This document shows positions 12,761 through 28,876 of a stretch of 64,000 bases of DNA, piece after piece (position 1 is the stretch's first letter; each line of letters opens with the position of its first letter). The stretch comes from Eledone cirrhosa (taxonomy: Eukaryota), in assembly GCA_964016885.1 (NCBI GenBank), contig OZ024742.1, forward strand, positions 250,046,001 to 250,110,000, written 5' to 3'. The position numbers and the translations under genes were made by a program. The notes under the pieces were generated by a model. The model was not told the DNA's origin, searched no databases, and saw only the letters and a program-made list of their open reading frames with translations.

Positions 12761-12881
12761 ATAGTAATAATAATAAATTTGAAGACTAAAATGCAAAGAA
12801 GGCTCGATAAGGATAAATATATATCAGAAGATCCTGTTAAGGGTGAAAGCAGCGATGCTTTGCTTAAACTTTAATCTGTTA

Positions 12882-12888
<7 letters not shown>
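12761..12888. mobile_element. Solo, internally inverted pseudo-LTR fragment of the 58.8-62.5 kb Penelope family
   Basis: 12761-12826 is the reverse complement of the pLTR 3' end (62390-62453). 12825-12888 is a direct copy of the pLTR HHR (CAGAAGA..GAAAGCA..TGCTTAAACT). (TA)n on both sides. Confidence 0.85.
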
Positions 12889-12929
<41 letters not shown>

Positions 12930-13377
12930 GTAGATAAATGTACCAAAATATACGGTAGTGTCCAATCCGTATGAAGAACTCATATAATCCAAATATCATG
13001 AAAAGGGAAGATTCATTCAAAAATTTTCGATGGAAATCATAGGAAAACAAAGTCAAGATAAATTAATAAAAACAATGAATAAAAACAAAGAACAAGTTCC
13101 TTATATTAAAAAATTCTTCATTTTACGATCGTTTCTAGGATATATATGTGTGTTGGTATGTATATCATATAGATCTATGTAAAAATATTACAAACTATCA
13201 GAGGAAATACACATACCTTCCCATATATATGCTGTCTTCAGAAAATTGTTCTTTGTTTTTATACATTTTTTTTATTAATATATATATATATATTGGGTCG
13301 TCAAGTATAAAATTTGTAGAACTTTCTAGAAAAGAAAGAAATGTCTACAAATTTCATACTTGACGACGCTATATATA

Positions 13378-16045
13378 TATTCGTAACATCAACTTCCATA
13401 GGAATAGTACACGGCGGACAATATATCACAAAAGTGTCAGCTCCACCATCAAAAGCATGGAAAAATGCCAGGATTTACTCGTGCCCTCGGACAAAACTGG
13501 TAATGTATACATGCTTAACCGTTTAACATACAACCTTTGCCTCGGGAAAGAGATTAGGAAAAACTCTAGGACCACAGGACAGATAATTTAGATAGTATTA
13601 ACGCCACGACAAAAATTATACTGACGGGGCTAGGACTAGAAGATAGGACCGAGGTATATGTACCTAGAAAACCACGGATATCTATTAAGGACCATAAATT
13701 AGACTATAAAACTAAACTACCGGTTAGGTTAATAGCACCCTCCAAATCCGACCTAGGCAGGACCAGCAAGAATGTTATAGATAGGATACTACCGGTACTT
13801 AGAAACAAAACTAAGCTTACCTTATGGACCTCCACTAAGGAGGTAATTGACTGGTTCTCGTTAATAGGTGACAAACAACAAATAAATTTTATTCAGTTAG
13901 ACATAGTTAGCTATTACGCGTCAGTATCTCCGATACTAGTCAATAAGGCCCTCATAAGCGCCATGGCCAGATCTAGCCTCAGTAGGGACGAGACCAACCT
14001 CATAGTAGCAGCCAGAAAGACACTAATTAGATTCGAAGACAAGTTATGGGAGAGGAGGGACAGACACGACAGTTTCGATATCACCATGGGGTCAAGTGAC
14101 TCGGCGCAGGTGACCGACCTTATGGGGATATATCTCATCCATAGGCTGACGGAGGAGATCCCGGGGATCAGAGGTAGAATATACAGAGACGACGCACTTT
14201 TCACCTTCCGTTCCCTTAACCTCAGTCAGATGGAGCGTATGAGGAAGTGCATATCGCATTTTTTAAACAACACGGCTTATCCGTGACAATAGACACTAGC
14301 ACTAAGTCGGTCAATTTCCAAGACGTTACTTTGGAAATGAATACGGGCATCCACAGACCGTACCATAACCCCAACGAAAACCTGCAATATGTGAACAGGC
14401 AATCGAATCACCCTAAGTCATAGAAGCCATAGTTAAAGGGGTATCCAAACGCGTATCCACCCTCTCGTCGAACGCAAAAGTGTTTAAACAGCACGCCAAA
14501 TATTATAATGAGGCACCGCACAGGGCCGGTTACAAAGACACCATACTATATACTCCGGACAGAGTAGAGCCAAGTGATAAGGCGTGCAGAAATGCCAATA
14601 GCGGGGGGCGCCTCCTTAGCTAGAAGAAATGACCCGGTATCAGTATCCAGGAACACAAATACCAACACAACTAGCATTAATGACCTAGGACAGACCGGAG
14701 GTAGGACAAAGGCACGCATAGGAGCCAGATCCCGAGTACGCGGAGGCATGGGCCTGGCACGCACAATGCATACTCCGCAGCAACTGGGACCAGGAACAGG
14801 ACATCGACAAATACGAACGGGGCACACGCCAGGGAGCACGCCCAGCCTGGTTGTAGTGGTAAGCACCGCCAGCAGCATCACATAGACCTAAGGGGAATAG
14901 ACGTATAGATAACCACATAGAACGACGTAACTTTATAACTGTAGAGCATAACCCCGACGCACATAGCGGGCAAATAGACAGATACAACACACGGGATGTA
15001 ATTGTGGTTGGGCCGACCACGGGACGGACTTCGAGTCCTGGACACACCAACAAGGATCCACGCACACGAAGGAACAGATCTAAGGCCGTTATTTGGTTCA
15101 ATGCGCCTTACTCCAAACATGTACGCACCAACGTGCCAAGATTTTTTATCCGAGCGTTGGATGAGTGCTTTCCCCCGACAAACAAGTACCACAAAATCTT
15201 CAACCGCCACACGGTGAAGTTTTCCTTCTCCACGGCACCTAATATAACCGACTACATGGCTAAAGCTAACACGGTGAATATGGCGCACACTGGCCGTCAG
15301 CCGCGGCAACAGAGTGACCGTCTTTCGGGGCGCGGAGAACCACCCAGGGACCTGCCCTCAAATGACAACCCGGGCCCCGAGGCGACCAGAGCGCCCGCGG
15401 AGGGCGATGTGTTCCAGCACCGAGAGGGAAATAGTGGCATGGGGGGAGACAACAGTGACGGCTGTACCCTGAGAACCTTGAGAGGGCCATAGCAGATCGA
15501 GGCCCGGACATCGGATGCATAAGAACTGGCAGCAGAACTTGTAATTGTAGAGCGGGCACACGGTGCCCCTACAGGGAAAATGCTTGATGAAGGACTTAAT
15601 AAACAAGTGTGTGGTTAAAACCCAAAACGCGCATCGCACCTACATCGGCGCAACATCCACAACCTTTAAATTGCGGATATATAATCACACGAATTCCTTC
15701 AGGGACCGCAGCAAAAGGCACTCCACTAGGTTAGCGGACCTGGTGTGGGACCTGAAAGACCAAAGCACTCCGTGCACCCTGGAATGGAGTATCGTTCGCC
15801 ACGCGAGGACATATTCGGTCGGAAGTAGAAAGTGCCGATTATGCCTACACGAGGCCATGGAGATAGTCAGACTGAAAGATGATGCCATCAACCTGAAGTC
15901 TGAAATTATCATGACCTGCAGACACCAGAGAAGATGTACATTTGCAGCATGGAATCCTCCGGTGGCGCAGGCCAGGGGCATGCTAACGGGTACGCACAGA
16001 CCCGATTGGCCTAACAGGATTAGCAGACCTGACGCCATGCCCTGA
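13378..16045 (+). mobile_element. Penelope-like retroelement, 5'-truncated and frameshifted (RT YRDD + GIY-YIG)
   Basis: VPSDKTGNVY, KDHK..VRLIAPSKSDLG, FIQLDIVSYY, FDITMGSSDSAQVTDLMG, IYRDDAL, IWFNAPYS, CNC..CPLQGKCL, TYIGATSTTFKLRIYNH, CRLCLHE, CRH. Confidence 0.92.
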
Positions 16046-16614
16046 TGATGGTGTGCGACCCGTGAGGCAAACTTATGTAAACCAGGGGCGCACCTGACCG
16101 AGCACACAACATTGGAAGATATATCGCATGGGCCGGGACCGGCTAACATGGGGCCCAGTGCCGCCCGATCCGATACCCCAAACATATAGAACAGCACACC
16201 CCAGCCACGGTGCCATGCCCCATGGCGACCGGGTTTGGCCTCCCCTTGAATGTGTACCCCGTCAATCGTGACTATATACTCTCCACCTGTTCCACTTTGA
16301 AACAATGATTATTACTGTCATTATAGTTCTATTATTGTTCTGTTACTGTTACTTGTTCTATATACCGACACAAGTCTGCACCTCATACTACCTGTGTATA
16401 GTACATCACATGGATACACGCACCTTCTCATGTAAACCCCCCCCCCGTTTTTTATTTTACCCCTTTTTTCATGTAACTATTTATAAAGTTACATACAGAT
16501 TTTAGTGTATCCTAAAATATTGTAAATTTATTTATTTATTTTATTTTATTTTATTATCCTATTGTGTTTATATTAGGGTGTTTTTATGTGTGGACCTGGG
16601 CGTAGGTATATGTA

Positions 16615-16682
<68 letters not shown>

Positions 16683-16848
16683 GGGAGTCCTTCATCAGTG
16701 ACCCTCCAACCGTCCCAGGCATTTCATCGCTTTACGTGGGTGTGTACAGGGGTGTGTATATAGGAATGGGTGCGTGTATGCATGAGCTTATGAGCGCGTG
16801 TATGTGCAGACATGTGCATGTATGTAAGTATGTGGCAGAGTGTGTGTG

Positions 16849-16887
<39 letters not shown>

Positions 16888-17214
16888 ATATATAAATATA
16901 TATATGTATGTATATGTATATATGTGTGCGTATGTACGTATAGCTACGTATGAGTAGGTGTGTGTATGTGGGTGCGTAAGTGTGTATATATATATGTATA
17001 TATATATATATATGTGGGTGGGTGCGGGTGTATGCATATGTTGGCCTCTATATATGTGTATGTGTATTTGTGCATACATGCATGTGTTTATGTGCATCTC
17101 AGAGGAATATGTACGAATGATTATATATGGAGTATATATGCATTTTATTACTATTATTCTTTTTGTATTACTTTATCATATATCCTTTTTATATAACCGT
17201 GTATGTATGTATGA

Positions 17215-17325
<111 letters not shown>

Positions 17326-18528
17326 TAGACAGAGAGACAGAGAGAGATATCATATTGTATAATATATTGACATTTTGTACTTTATATTTTATATTTTATA
17401 TTTTATGTTATTTTACCGTTATTTTATGGTATATTGTGTTATTTATTATATAATGTATTTTTAATTTACGGCTTTGTTTATAAATGTGTATGTGGAAGCA
17501 CATGTGTGTGTAAGCAGATATGCATATGTGCAGCTGTCTGTTTGTGGCAGCCCGTGTGCGTATGCATATGTAGATGTATATATGTCTGCATGTGTATATG
17601 TATGTATATGTGTGGGTGTACTTATGCATGTAGGGTTTTTTGTATATATATATACATATATATATGTGTGTGTGTGCGTATGTATGTGTGTATGTAATTT
17701 TGTGTACGTATGTGTATTTTGTATGTATGTGTGGGCATGTGTGTGTATAAATATGTGTATATATGTGTATATATATATATATGTGTGTGTATATGTATGT
17801 ATGTGTATGTATGTGTGTATGTATATATGTGTGTGTATGAGTGTATATATATATATAAATGTATTTAAGCTTGTGCGTATCTATGTGTGCGCGCGTATGT
17901 GTGTATATATGTGTATGTTTGCGTAGGCCATGCTTGTCCGACCGGATATATGGCGCGACTTAAGCAGCCGTTATAAGGCTTGTGGTGATATGTATCTAGA
18001 AGTGGGTGTGACTTGGTCTGTGGAGAGTGAGGGAGAGCGTGTGTGTGTCTATATACATATATGTATGTGTGTGGGGTGGGTGTGTCTACGCATGTAGGCG
18101 TACGTGTGTGTATGCACGAATGTGTCTGTGTCTGCATGTGTGCGTATATGTGTGTGTATATTCGTATATGTGGGTGCTTACTCTGGAGTGTGAACAGACG
18201 TGTGAGATACTGAACCCAGCATGACTCCACTGAAGTGTGTCGGACGGAAAATAGCTGTTGGCCCGTGTAGCAGTAAATACTGACCAGAACTTGTGCTGAC
18301 GTGGAGCAAAAACAGCCAAGCAGGACAAGAGTGGAAGAGGTTTTTTTTAGGGTGTTTTTGATGATAACACCCCAGTGATAAAATTTGATCCGAACGAAAT
18401 ACCCGTGTCTAAAAGAATATGCAGCCGTAGAATCAGCCAGGGACCATGTCTCGAGGTACCTGCCGGCGGAACAATTGTAACACGCAATAAAGTCCAGATG
18501 CACCACTGATTTTTCGTTTTCTTTATAC

Positions 18529-18591
<63 letters not shown>

Positions 18592-18949
18592 ATAGAGAGA
18601 GAGAGAAAGAGAGAGAGAAGAGAGAGAAAAAGAGATAAGTGTATGTGTGTGTGTCTGTGTATGTGTCTGTGTTTATTGTGTCACTCTGTGTGTATGTGTG
18701 TATGCGTGTGTGCATTACTGTAATATTCATTACTATATTTTACAATGCCTTGTTATGTATTTCTATATGACGCTGTACTTCCTTATTTATTATTATATAA
18801 TAGAATAATACGCTATACAAATTCACATTATATAATGATAATATATACATAGTTACTTATATATTTCAACGTTATGTAGCAATACAGTATAGATTTCTAC
18901 ATTATATGACAATATAATACTACAGTATACTTATATATTTTATAATACA

Positions 18950-19957
18950 CTAGCAGCAGGACCCGGTGTTGCACGAGGTAGGAAACGTGAAATAGAAACA
19001 CATATTCAAAGATTGAGGAATGCAGCTGTGTACTTTTTGAATTCCCTTATTCTCAGGGAATGATTTTCATCTACTGGAAACGTAGAACACCAGCAGGCGG
19101 AATCGTGAAACATCTGCATGCACGTGCAAAATCTGAAGAAAATCAGCTGGATACTCTTTAAGCGTACTAAATCTTACAGTATGATTTTACTTTGGAGATA
19201 ATTGGTTAGATACTTTTCGAGTTTTATAAATTCGCACCCAGTCATCCGGACAGACATCATCAGTTATATCTATTCCACCTACATGCATACTGTACAGAGT
19301 AAAGCCTGCAATGCTTGAGTAAGACATGTCATTCAACAGCACAGCATGCTTGGCATTCCCCACAGGAGACCATAGCCTCTTCGTAAATCTACCCAGTCTG
19401 ATATAGACCGAACTGGTATATCGGATGCCGAACGCTTCGGAGTTACTATTGGGGTCACCATCAACAGGGCGCCGGCAAAAATGTTAAGGTCCGCCTCATT
19501 TCCCCAATCCCCCGAAAATGGCCCTGCTTAAAAGTAAGTAATTGTTAACGAAATATTATACGTTACTTACGATGTTTAAGTAGCGTTTATATTGAAAATG
19601 AAAATGGCATGTAATGTCCAATGCTAATTCGTAAATTTCCTAGAAACCATTAAAGGAATCGTAAATTTGTTTGTCCACTGCAATAAAAGGGGACTAACTA
19701 ATATGTACTGCAAATTTCGAGGAATCGGCTGGATTATCTTTAAGTTACGCCTAAAAAAAGCCTAAAAATGCCTTTAAGATGCGGTTATTCGCCTTGTGTG
19801 TGTCCTAGGGCAGAAAAAGCTAAGTTTCTTTTAGCCCATTGCACTTCAAGAAATATAAGTAACGCATGTGTAAAGTTTGCAATAGATAGGTCAGGTAATT
19901 CTCGAGTTTTAGGGATTTACACAGACAGACAGACATCCGCTGTTTTATATATATAGA
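18950..19957 (-). mobile_element. Non-autonomous Helitron
   Basis: Minus strand begins A|TCTATATATA with (GTCT)n. It ends with the hairpin CCTCGTGCAACACCGGG ~10 nt before CTAG|T. AT target site, no TSD. Confidence 0.8.
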
Positions 19958-19968
19958 TTATATAATAA

Positions 19969-20378
19969 TTATTTCCACTTTAGGTACAAGGCCAGCAATT
20001 TTGGGGGAGGGGAAAGTCGATAAAATCGACCCCAGTGCATTACTGGTGCTTTATTTTATCGATCTCGTAAGGATCAACGGCAAAGCTAACCTCGGCGTGA
20101 TTTGAACTCAGAACGAAAAGGCCCGTAATTCTATGCTGCGAAGCATGTTCTCGGACGCTCTACCGATACTGTTAATACTACTCTATATAATAATTGTTTC
20201 TACTTTGGGCACAAGGCCAGCAATCACCCTCGTGCTTACTGGTTCTTTATATTATCGATCCCCTAAAGATAAAAGGCAGAGTTAACTTCGGCGGGATTTG
20301 AACTCAGAACGTAGAGAGCCATAACTCTCTGGTGTATAACTTGGTGCCTGACGCTCTACCGATACTGCCAATCCAGCA
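19969..20378 (-). mobile_element. Two tandem tRNA-derived SINE copies (octopus OK-SINE-like)
   Basis: Minus strand has A-box-like TGGCAGTATCGGTAGAGCG and B-box-like GAGTTCAAAT, then the shared body GCCGAGGTTA..TTTGCC..GATCGATAA.. and tail CTTGTGCC..AAAGTAGAAAC. Confidence 0.8.
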
Positions 20379-20419
20379 ACTTGTTATAGTGCCAGGTCAA
20401 TGTATGATTAAAATGATGA

Positions 20420-20545
20420 ATTGGCAGCATAGAATGTCCGGTTGAATTCTTTGGCTATTCCTCCAGGCTTTCTGTGCTCTCAGTTCAAACCCCACCGTGG
20501 TCAACTTTGCCTTTCGTCCATTCCAGGTCAATAAAATCAGAGTCT
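20420..20545 (+). mobile_element. Diverged OK-like SINE copy
   Basis: TGGCAG..CAGTTCAAAC..GGTCAACTTTGCCTTTCGTCC..GGTCAATAAAAT. Confidence 0.6.
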
Positions 20546-20606
20546 AGTCCATTCTCAATTCTTCCTATATATTTCTTTTTTAACCCCCCCCCCCCCTCCC
20601 TCGCTC

Positions 20607-20672
<66 letters not shown>

Positions 20673-21369
20673 CTATCTATCTATCTCCTCTCCCTGAAAG
20701 AAATTTGGTGTGTTCAGACATGGAGAAGGGATGGAGTTTACCAGGCCTAAACTGCCCAAGATACGCTGTCTGTAATGCTGGCACTCCTACGATACCATCG
20801 GGAATTACGTGTCCATATATGCATACACTGTATGATTTTTATTCGTATTTCAGACACAAACTGTAAGTAATATTAATTGTACTTAGTTTTACAGTATTTA
20901 GCATTTCTAATTTTAGCGATTATTTAATTTACGTTTATCAGCATCTGTTAAATCAATTGCTTATTTATTGAAAATGCATCCAAAATGCTGCTTCCATTAC
21001 TAACTTGGAATATTTGCGCATGTTATAAATACGAACATTAAATCGGGTAAATTTAGCAATTTTATGAGGACTCAAGTTCTAAAAATATTTCATTTTAACC
21101 CTTAGTAGAAGATACTGGGAAGGATAGAATTCTATGTGGTAGAGGGGTTTCGGAAAGGATTGTTATTAAATGTAATACTTCTATATTTATACCAGGAACC
21201 AGGCTTTGTTAAAATGGTTAAGAAATTCGTTTCGCAATCATGCGGCCTTGCATTAGATGATACTGCGTAGTATCTTAAGCATGTGCCTTTAGTAAAGCCA
21301 CGGGTTTCTCCACTGTATCAATGTATGTTTTAAGGAAGGTTTCGTGCTATTTCTAAAAGGTCGAATGAA

Positions 21370-22344
21370 CACATACAGCAGCTCTCTTTGGCACCTCGAG
21401 TGCCTTCAGGCGCTCACAGCCCTCTACCAAGCGGAAACGGCAATCAGTGGAGATTCCACTTCGACATTCTATAGGGGATTAGTGGCGGATAAGTGCGACT
21501 ACGTCCTCGGCGAAACTCTAGGCATCGAGGAGGACGAACTGACCAGTCTGATCGGGAGGACTTTCCGACCAGGGCCTATGGATATCTTCCAGAGGTCTCT
21601 GGCCTGGCAGTGCTACCAAGGAGCTCTACTAGTTCGAGACAAAATCTACAGGCACGGACGCCCTGGCAGAGATCCTGCCAAAAAGACCTGCCCAAGATGC
21701 GAGTAGGACATCGAAACCGTTCTGCACGCAATTGTTCAGTGCCCAGGGGTGACTGACCTGTGGAATTATGTCGAACAGCTACTGTCACGTGTGAGACGCA
21801 TTCAGTTGTCAGCCGAGTCCATCGTGAGAATCACCTCGTCGCCTTCATTTAAGAATGAAGGAGAGGCGGTTTTTCTCTGTCTGGTGGCTATGGCGAAAGA
21901 GGTAATATGGTGGACGAGGTTAAAAGGACTAAGGGCAAACACCTTTCACTCCGGACAACAACTCATCCCCTTCTTTAAGTACCACTTCAGAAGGAAGGTG
22001 AGAGTGGAGAGAGAGGTGCTACACCCCAGTAAATTCGCTGAATATGGCGAAAATGGCCCGAGTGAATGGGCCTTCTCTGTTTATAAACCTGTAGGTTGAG
22101 GAAGTTAAACAGAGGGAAGACGGGAACACCTACGAAACGTGTTCCTGGTGTTGAGGGTTGTTCTATCCACGGGGTGTAAAACAACCCTGCAGTAGCCCCC
22201 CCCCCCCCCTAATGGGGATTACATTTGTTTTATTTTTTATATAGTTTATTGTTATTTATCATTGTTAAAGATTTTATGTAAAACCCCTGCCGTCACGTCT
22301 TGTAATGTCCCATTTGTGTGCGCCCCTGTGGCAAATAAAAAAAA
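21370..22344 (+). mobile_element. 3' end of an L1/Tx1-like LINE (C-terminal zinc finger, poly-A tail)
   Basis: AWQCYQGAL..CPRCE*DIETVLHAIVQCP..LW zinc-finger motif. The 3' UTR ends in AATAAA merged with an A-run at ~22334-22344. Confidence 0.8.
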
Positions 22345-22492
22345 TATCATTAATTCATGTTCACCTATCCAGCTTTAGAGCTTGGGAGGAAGACCAGGAC
22401 AGTTTAGGTTAGGTGAGCTCCTCATATATCATCAACAACAACAAAAACTTAAAACAACAACATTAAACACACACACACACACACACATACAT

Positions 22493-22573
<81 letters not shown>

Positions 22574-22976
22574 AGAAGAAGAAGAAGAAGAAGAAGAAGA
22601 AGAAGGGCTTTTTCGCAGAGTGGTTCCCTGTACATTCCCTGTACAGAAGCCCTTCTGCTGTACATTCTCTGTATGATGAGAGGTTCCCTGTACATTCACC
22701 CGCATCGCCCCCGAGAAATAATGCCCTACTGCTCTACCGGATCAACATGTAGCCGTAAGAAAAACATATTATCGAACCCAAAACAACTACTTTGCTCTCT
22801 GTAAAGGTCATAGACCTACGCACCATCCTTCGGCTCTTACCCTACACATCTTTCCCCTGCACCAGATGATGAAATGCATATTGTCTTAAGATTTAATTAC
22901 CATGGTGATTAATTGAATGGTGTTAATGAACTTTGCATATAATTGAGAATTGGCACAGAATACATATACATGAGAT

Positions 22977-23027
<51 letters not shown>

Positions 23028-23123
23028 GCGCGCGCGCGCGCGCAGAAACACACATACATACACACACACACACACACACACGTACGCGCAGACACACACA
23101 CATACACACACACACACATATAT

Positions 23124-23185
<62 letters not shown>

Positions 23186-24094
23186 TTTATACTTATATAT
23201 ACACTATATATAATTATAAACAGGAATGATCAGTAATTTATTAATACCTTATTACCAGTAAGAAAAATAGCTCATTGTAAATACATCAGATGTTTTACAG
23301 AGCCGGAATATACATTACAGAATAATCAAAACTATGTTCAAAACATTTTATTGCTGACAATCGTTTCTTCCAAACCTTCATTTGGAATATCGGAGCACTA
23401 GCAAAGTTTAGACATATAATTAACCTCCTATTCCACAGAACAATCGTAAAGATATGTAGATGTTAGTGTTGTCATTAACAGTGTCATATTTAAAGAGTGG
23501 AGATGATGTGGTGAGTATCAGTGGATGCGACAAAGATTATAAAAAAATAATACAAAAATTATAGAGGAATTAAAGAAGAAAGTTACTCGCAAAACGAGGA
23601 CATTAGCAGTACATATGCACGCGTATACAAAGAGTGCAGGTGTGTTAGGCATGTACAGAATAACCAGGTAAGAAACAAGCAATGGTACTAAGCATATATA
23701 TCACAGTATGGCAAAGGTATCACATAATACAATACAGGTATAAAAGCATATTAGGCAGACAGATATGCTTGGGTATGAAAAGCAGTTTCTATGACGTTTA
23801 TGGTGTATGCAATGTGGTAATTGTTCCGGTAATGTTCATGTGTTGTGAGTATTAATATTAAGGTTTTCCTTTCCATTACATTGATTATATTTGAGTAAAT
23901 GTTTATTAGTAGCTATAAGTGCGGATTGTATATTGGTCCAATTACAATCTTATCGAGGGTTCGAATACACACAACACATGTACCTTTGAACATGTATATT
24001 TGAACATTTCTGGACTCAGTCCAGATATAGCCGTCGAAACGGCTTGAGCTCTGCCGTTGGGGTCTAACATTTTACAATATATATATAGATAGAT

Positions 24095-24144
<50 letters not shown>

Positions 24145-24284
24145 CCTAAGTAGCAGGTGAAACGGCAGGAGCTCCTCCGTTGTGGTCCCGAATCCTTCAT
24201 ATTACCCACTCTACTAGCCCAAGTATCGAGATCTCTGGTGAGTATAGGTCTAACTGGCTTTTATTGCATCCATTCTGATTGATA

Positions 24285-24351
<67 letters not shown>

Positions 24352-24442
24352 GTGTGTGTATGTGTGTGTATGTGTATATATATATACATGCATGTATGTA
24401 TCTGTGTATATGTTTTAACTATTTTATATATATATATATATA

Positions 24443-24577
24443 TTTGTTTCTACTTTAGGCACAAGGCCAGCAATTACCCAGTGCATTACTGGATTTGAAC
24501 TCAGATCGTAAAGGGACGTAATTATGCTGGAAAGCATGGCGTCCGACCCTCTACCGATACTGCCAATCCACCTACTA
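24443..24577 (-). mobile_element. OK-like SINE (internally deleted)
   Basis: Same head and tail as 19969-20378 and 29389-29575. Confidence 0.75.
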
Positions 24578-24597
24578 TTATATATATATATATATAT

Positions 24598-27206
<2,609 letters not shown>

Positions 27207-27568
27207 GTTATTAATAGTTATTAATAGATATGCATAAATATTTATTACTTAATGAATTAGGTTGCTAAACATAAGCACGTTATCCAAATAAGGATGACCA
27301 TTTTAATGACGTTGTAATACCTATATGTCATAAATAGTGATGCTATAAAGATAACTCGGCAGAGGGAAGTATAGGGGGAGTTATCTTCCGGTGAGGCGAA
27401 AATACTCTACGAAACATTTATAAATAGTCACTTTTATTTTATTATATTTTAATTGGAGAATTGAATAAAGTGTATATACTCTTCCTTGTGTAATCAGAGG
27501 TTTCTAATATATTAATATATGAGAAAACACACGCACTCACACATATCAACATTCATATATATATATAT

Positions 27569-27615
27569 CAGACCGAGCTGAAGATCCTAAAGGTGAAACA
27601 TTTATTCTCGGTCTG
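27569..27615 (+). ncRNA. Type I hammerhead ribozyme forming most of a ~72-bp insert in (TA)n
   Basis: 9-bp stem I CAGACCGAG/CTCGGTCTG, CTGAAGA, stem II TCCT aa AGGT, GAAA-CATTTA-TT. Confidence 0.8.
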
Positions 27616-27638
27616 GTGAACTAACTGTTGTGATACTA

Positions 27639-27689
<51 letters not shown>

Positions 27690-28559
27690 AGAATTGACGG
27701 ACCCAGCACAGCTATCAATGCTAGGACCGGTCGCATACATTATGCAATAATGCATAATCGGCGCATGTGGCTTCATCAGCGGGTTTTGCCTAATCAATAA
27801 CCAATCGATCGACAGATTTCAACTCCAGACCGTGCCGGCTATGCCTGCTTGTGACGGTCGACACATTAAAGTGAAAAGCAACTGGGATCTGATACAATAC
27901 TGTCCCTCGACCGGCCACCGATTTATAAATGTATGTGATGGCAGGAGACTAGAAAACAAATAGTTCTGCTCCCGTCGTAAGCTCTCAGCCAACGTGTCTC
28001 AAACACAAATTAATAAGATAGTGAAAAATTGTTTATTAGAAAAAGCAGTCTCGCATCGCTGTATAATAGAATGGTAGCATTCGGCTCTAGTCTCCAAGTT
28101 CCATGGCGAGAGGATCGCGATAGTAACAGTGGTAGTGTCTAAAACCTTTATCCGGACATTAAATGCCAATATCTATTAGACAGCGATATAGAGTAGCGCG
28201 CTGGTTAGTGACCAACCACGTGCGTAAACCAGTCTATTTCATAACTTATACAATTAAATAAGTGAGTGAGAAAGAAAATGTATAGCAGGAATTATAGCGT
28301 ATATCAAAACAAAACAATAAAAAATGTGAAAAATTGTTTTTACTTACTCTCATTAATCTGGTAGTTGGGAGACTATAATTATAAGTTGACGGGCCCAGCA
28401 TAGGTATCAATGTTAGGACCGGTTGCATCTCAGCGTACTCAATAGGTAATGTAATATATATATATATATATATATATAACTAAACATTAGTATGGTTTGT
28501 TGATTACTCAACGAATACAATTTTACAATAGATTGGAAGCAGTCAACACTTGGTTTTCC

Positions 28560-28801
28560 TGGAGTTTTTAATGTTATTCAAAATGTTAACAAATGAAAAA
28601 TATTCACATAATCAAAATATATACTTTATTATAGACTACCAATAGTGGATTTGAATAATCAATATCGTAGCGGTATGTCATATATCAAATCATATATTTT
28701 GTCTGATGAATACGTACTTAAACAACATAGTACCTTTGAAATATGTATAATAAAGTATATATTTTGATTAAGTGAATATTTTTTCATTTGTTAACATTTT
28801 G

Positions 28802-28810
<9 letters not shown>
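28560..28810. repeat. Fold-back mini-element with a central decayed hammerhead (CTGATGA 28703 ... GAAA 28738)
   Basis: ~60-bp inverted arms (~28573-28633 / ~28746-28807). The same architecture occurs at 62516-62682. Confidence 0.65.

Positions 28811-28876
<66 letters not shown>

Noticed and set aside
13295-13368. ~24-bp-arm hairpin between TA runs (possible mariner/MITE remnant)
   Set aside because: Single, very short copy; the family cannot be assigned.
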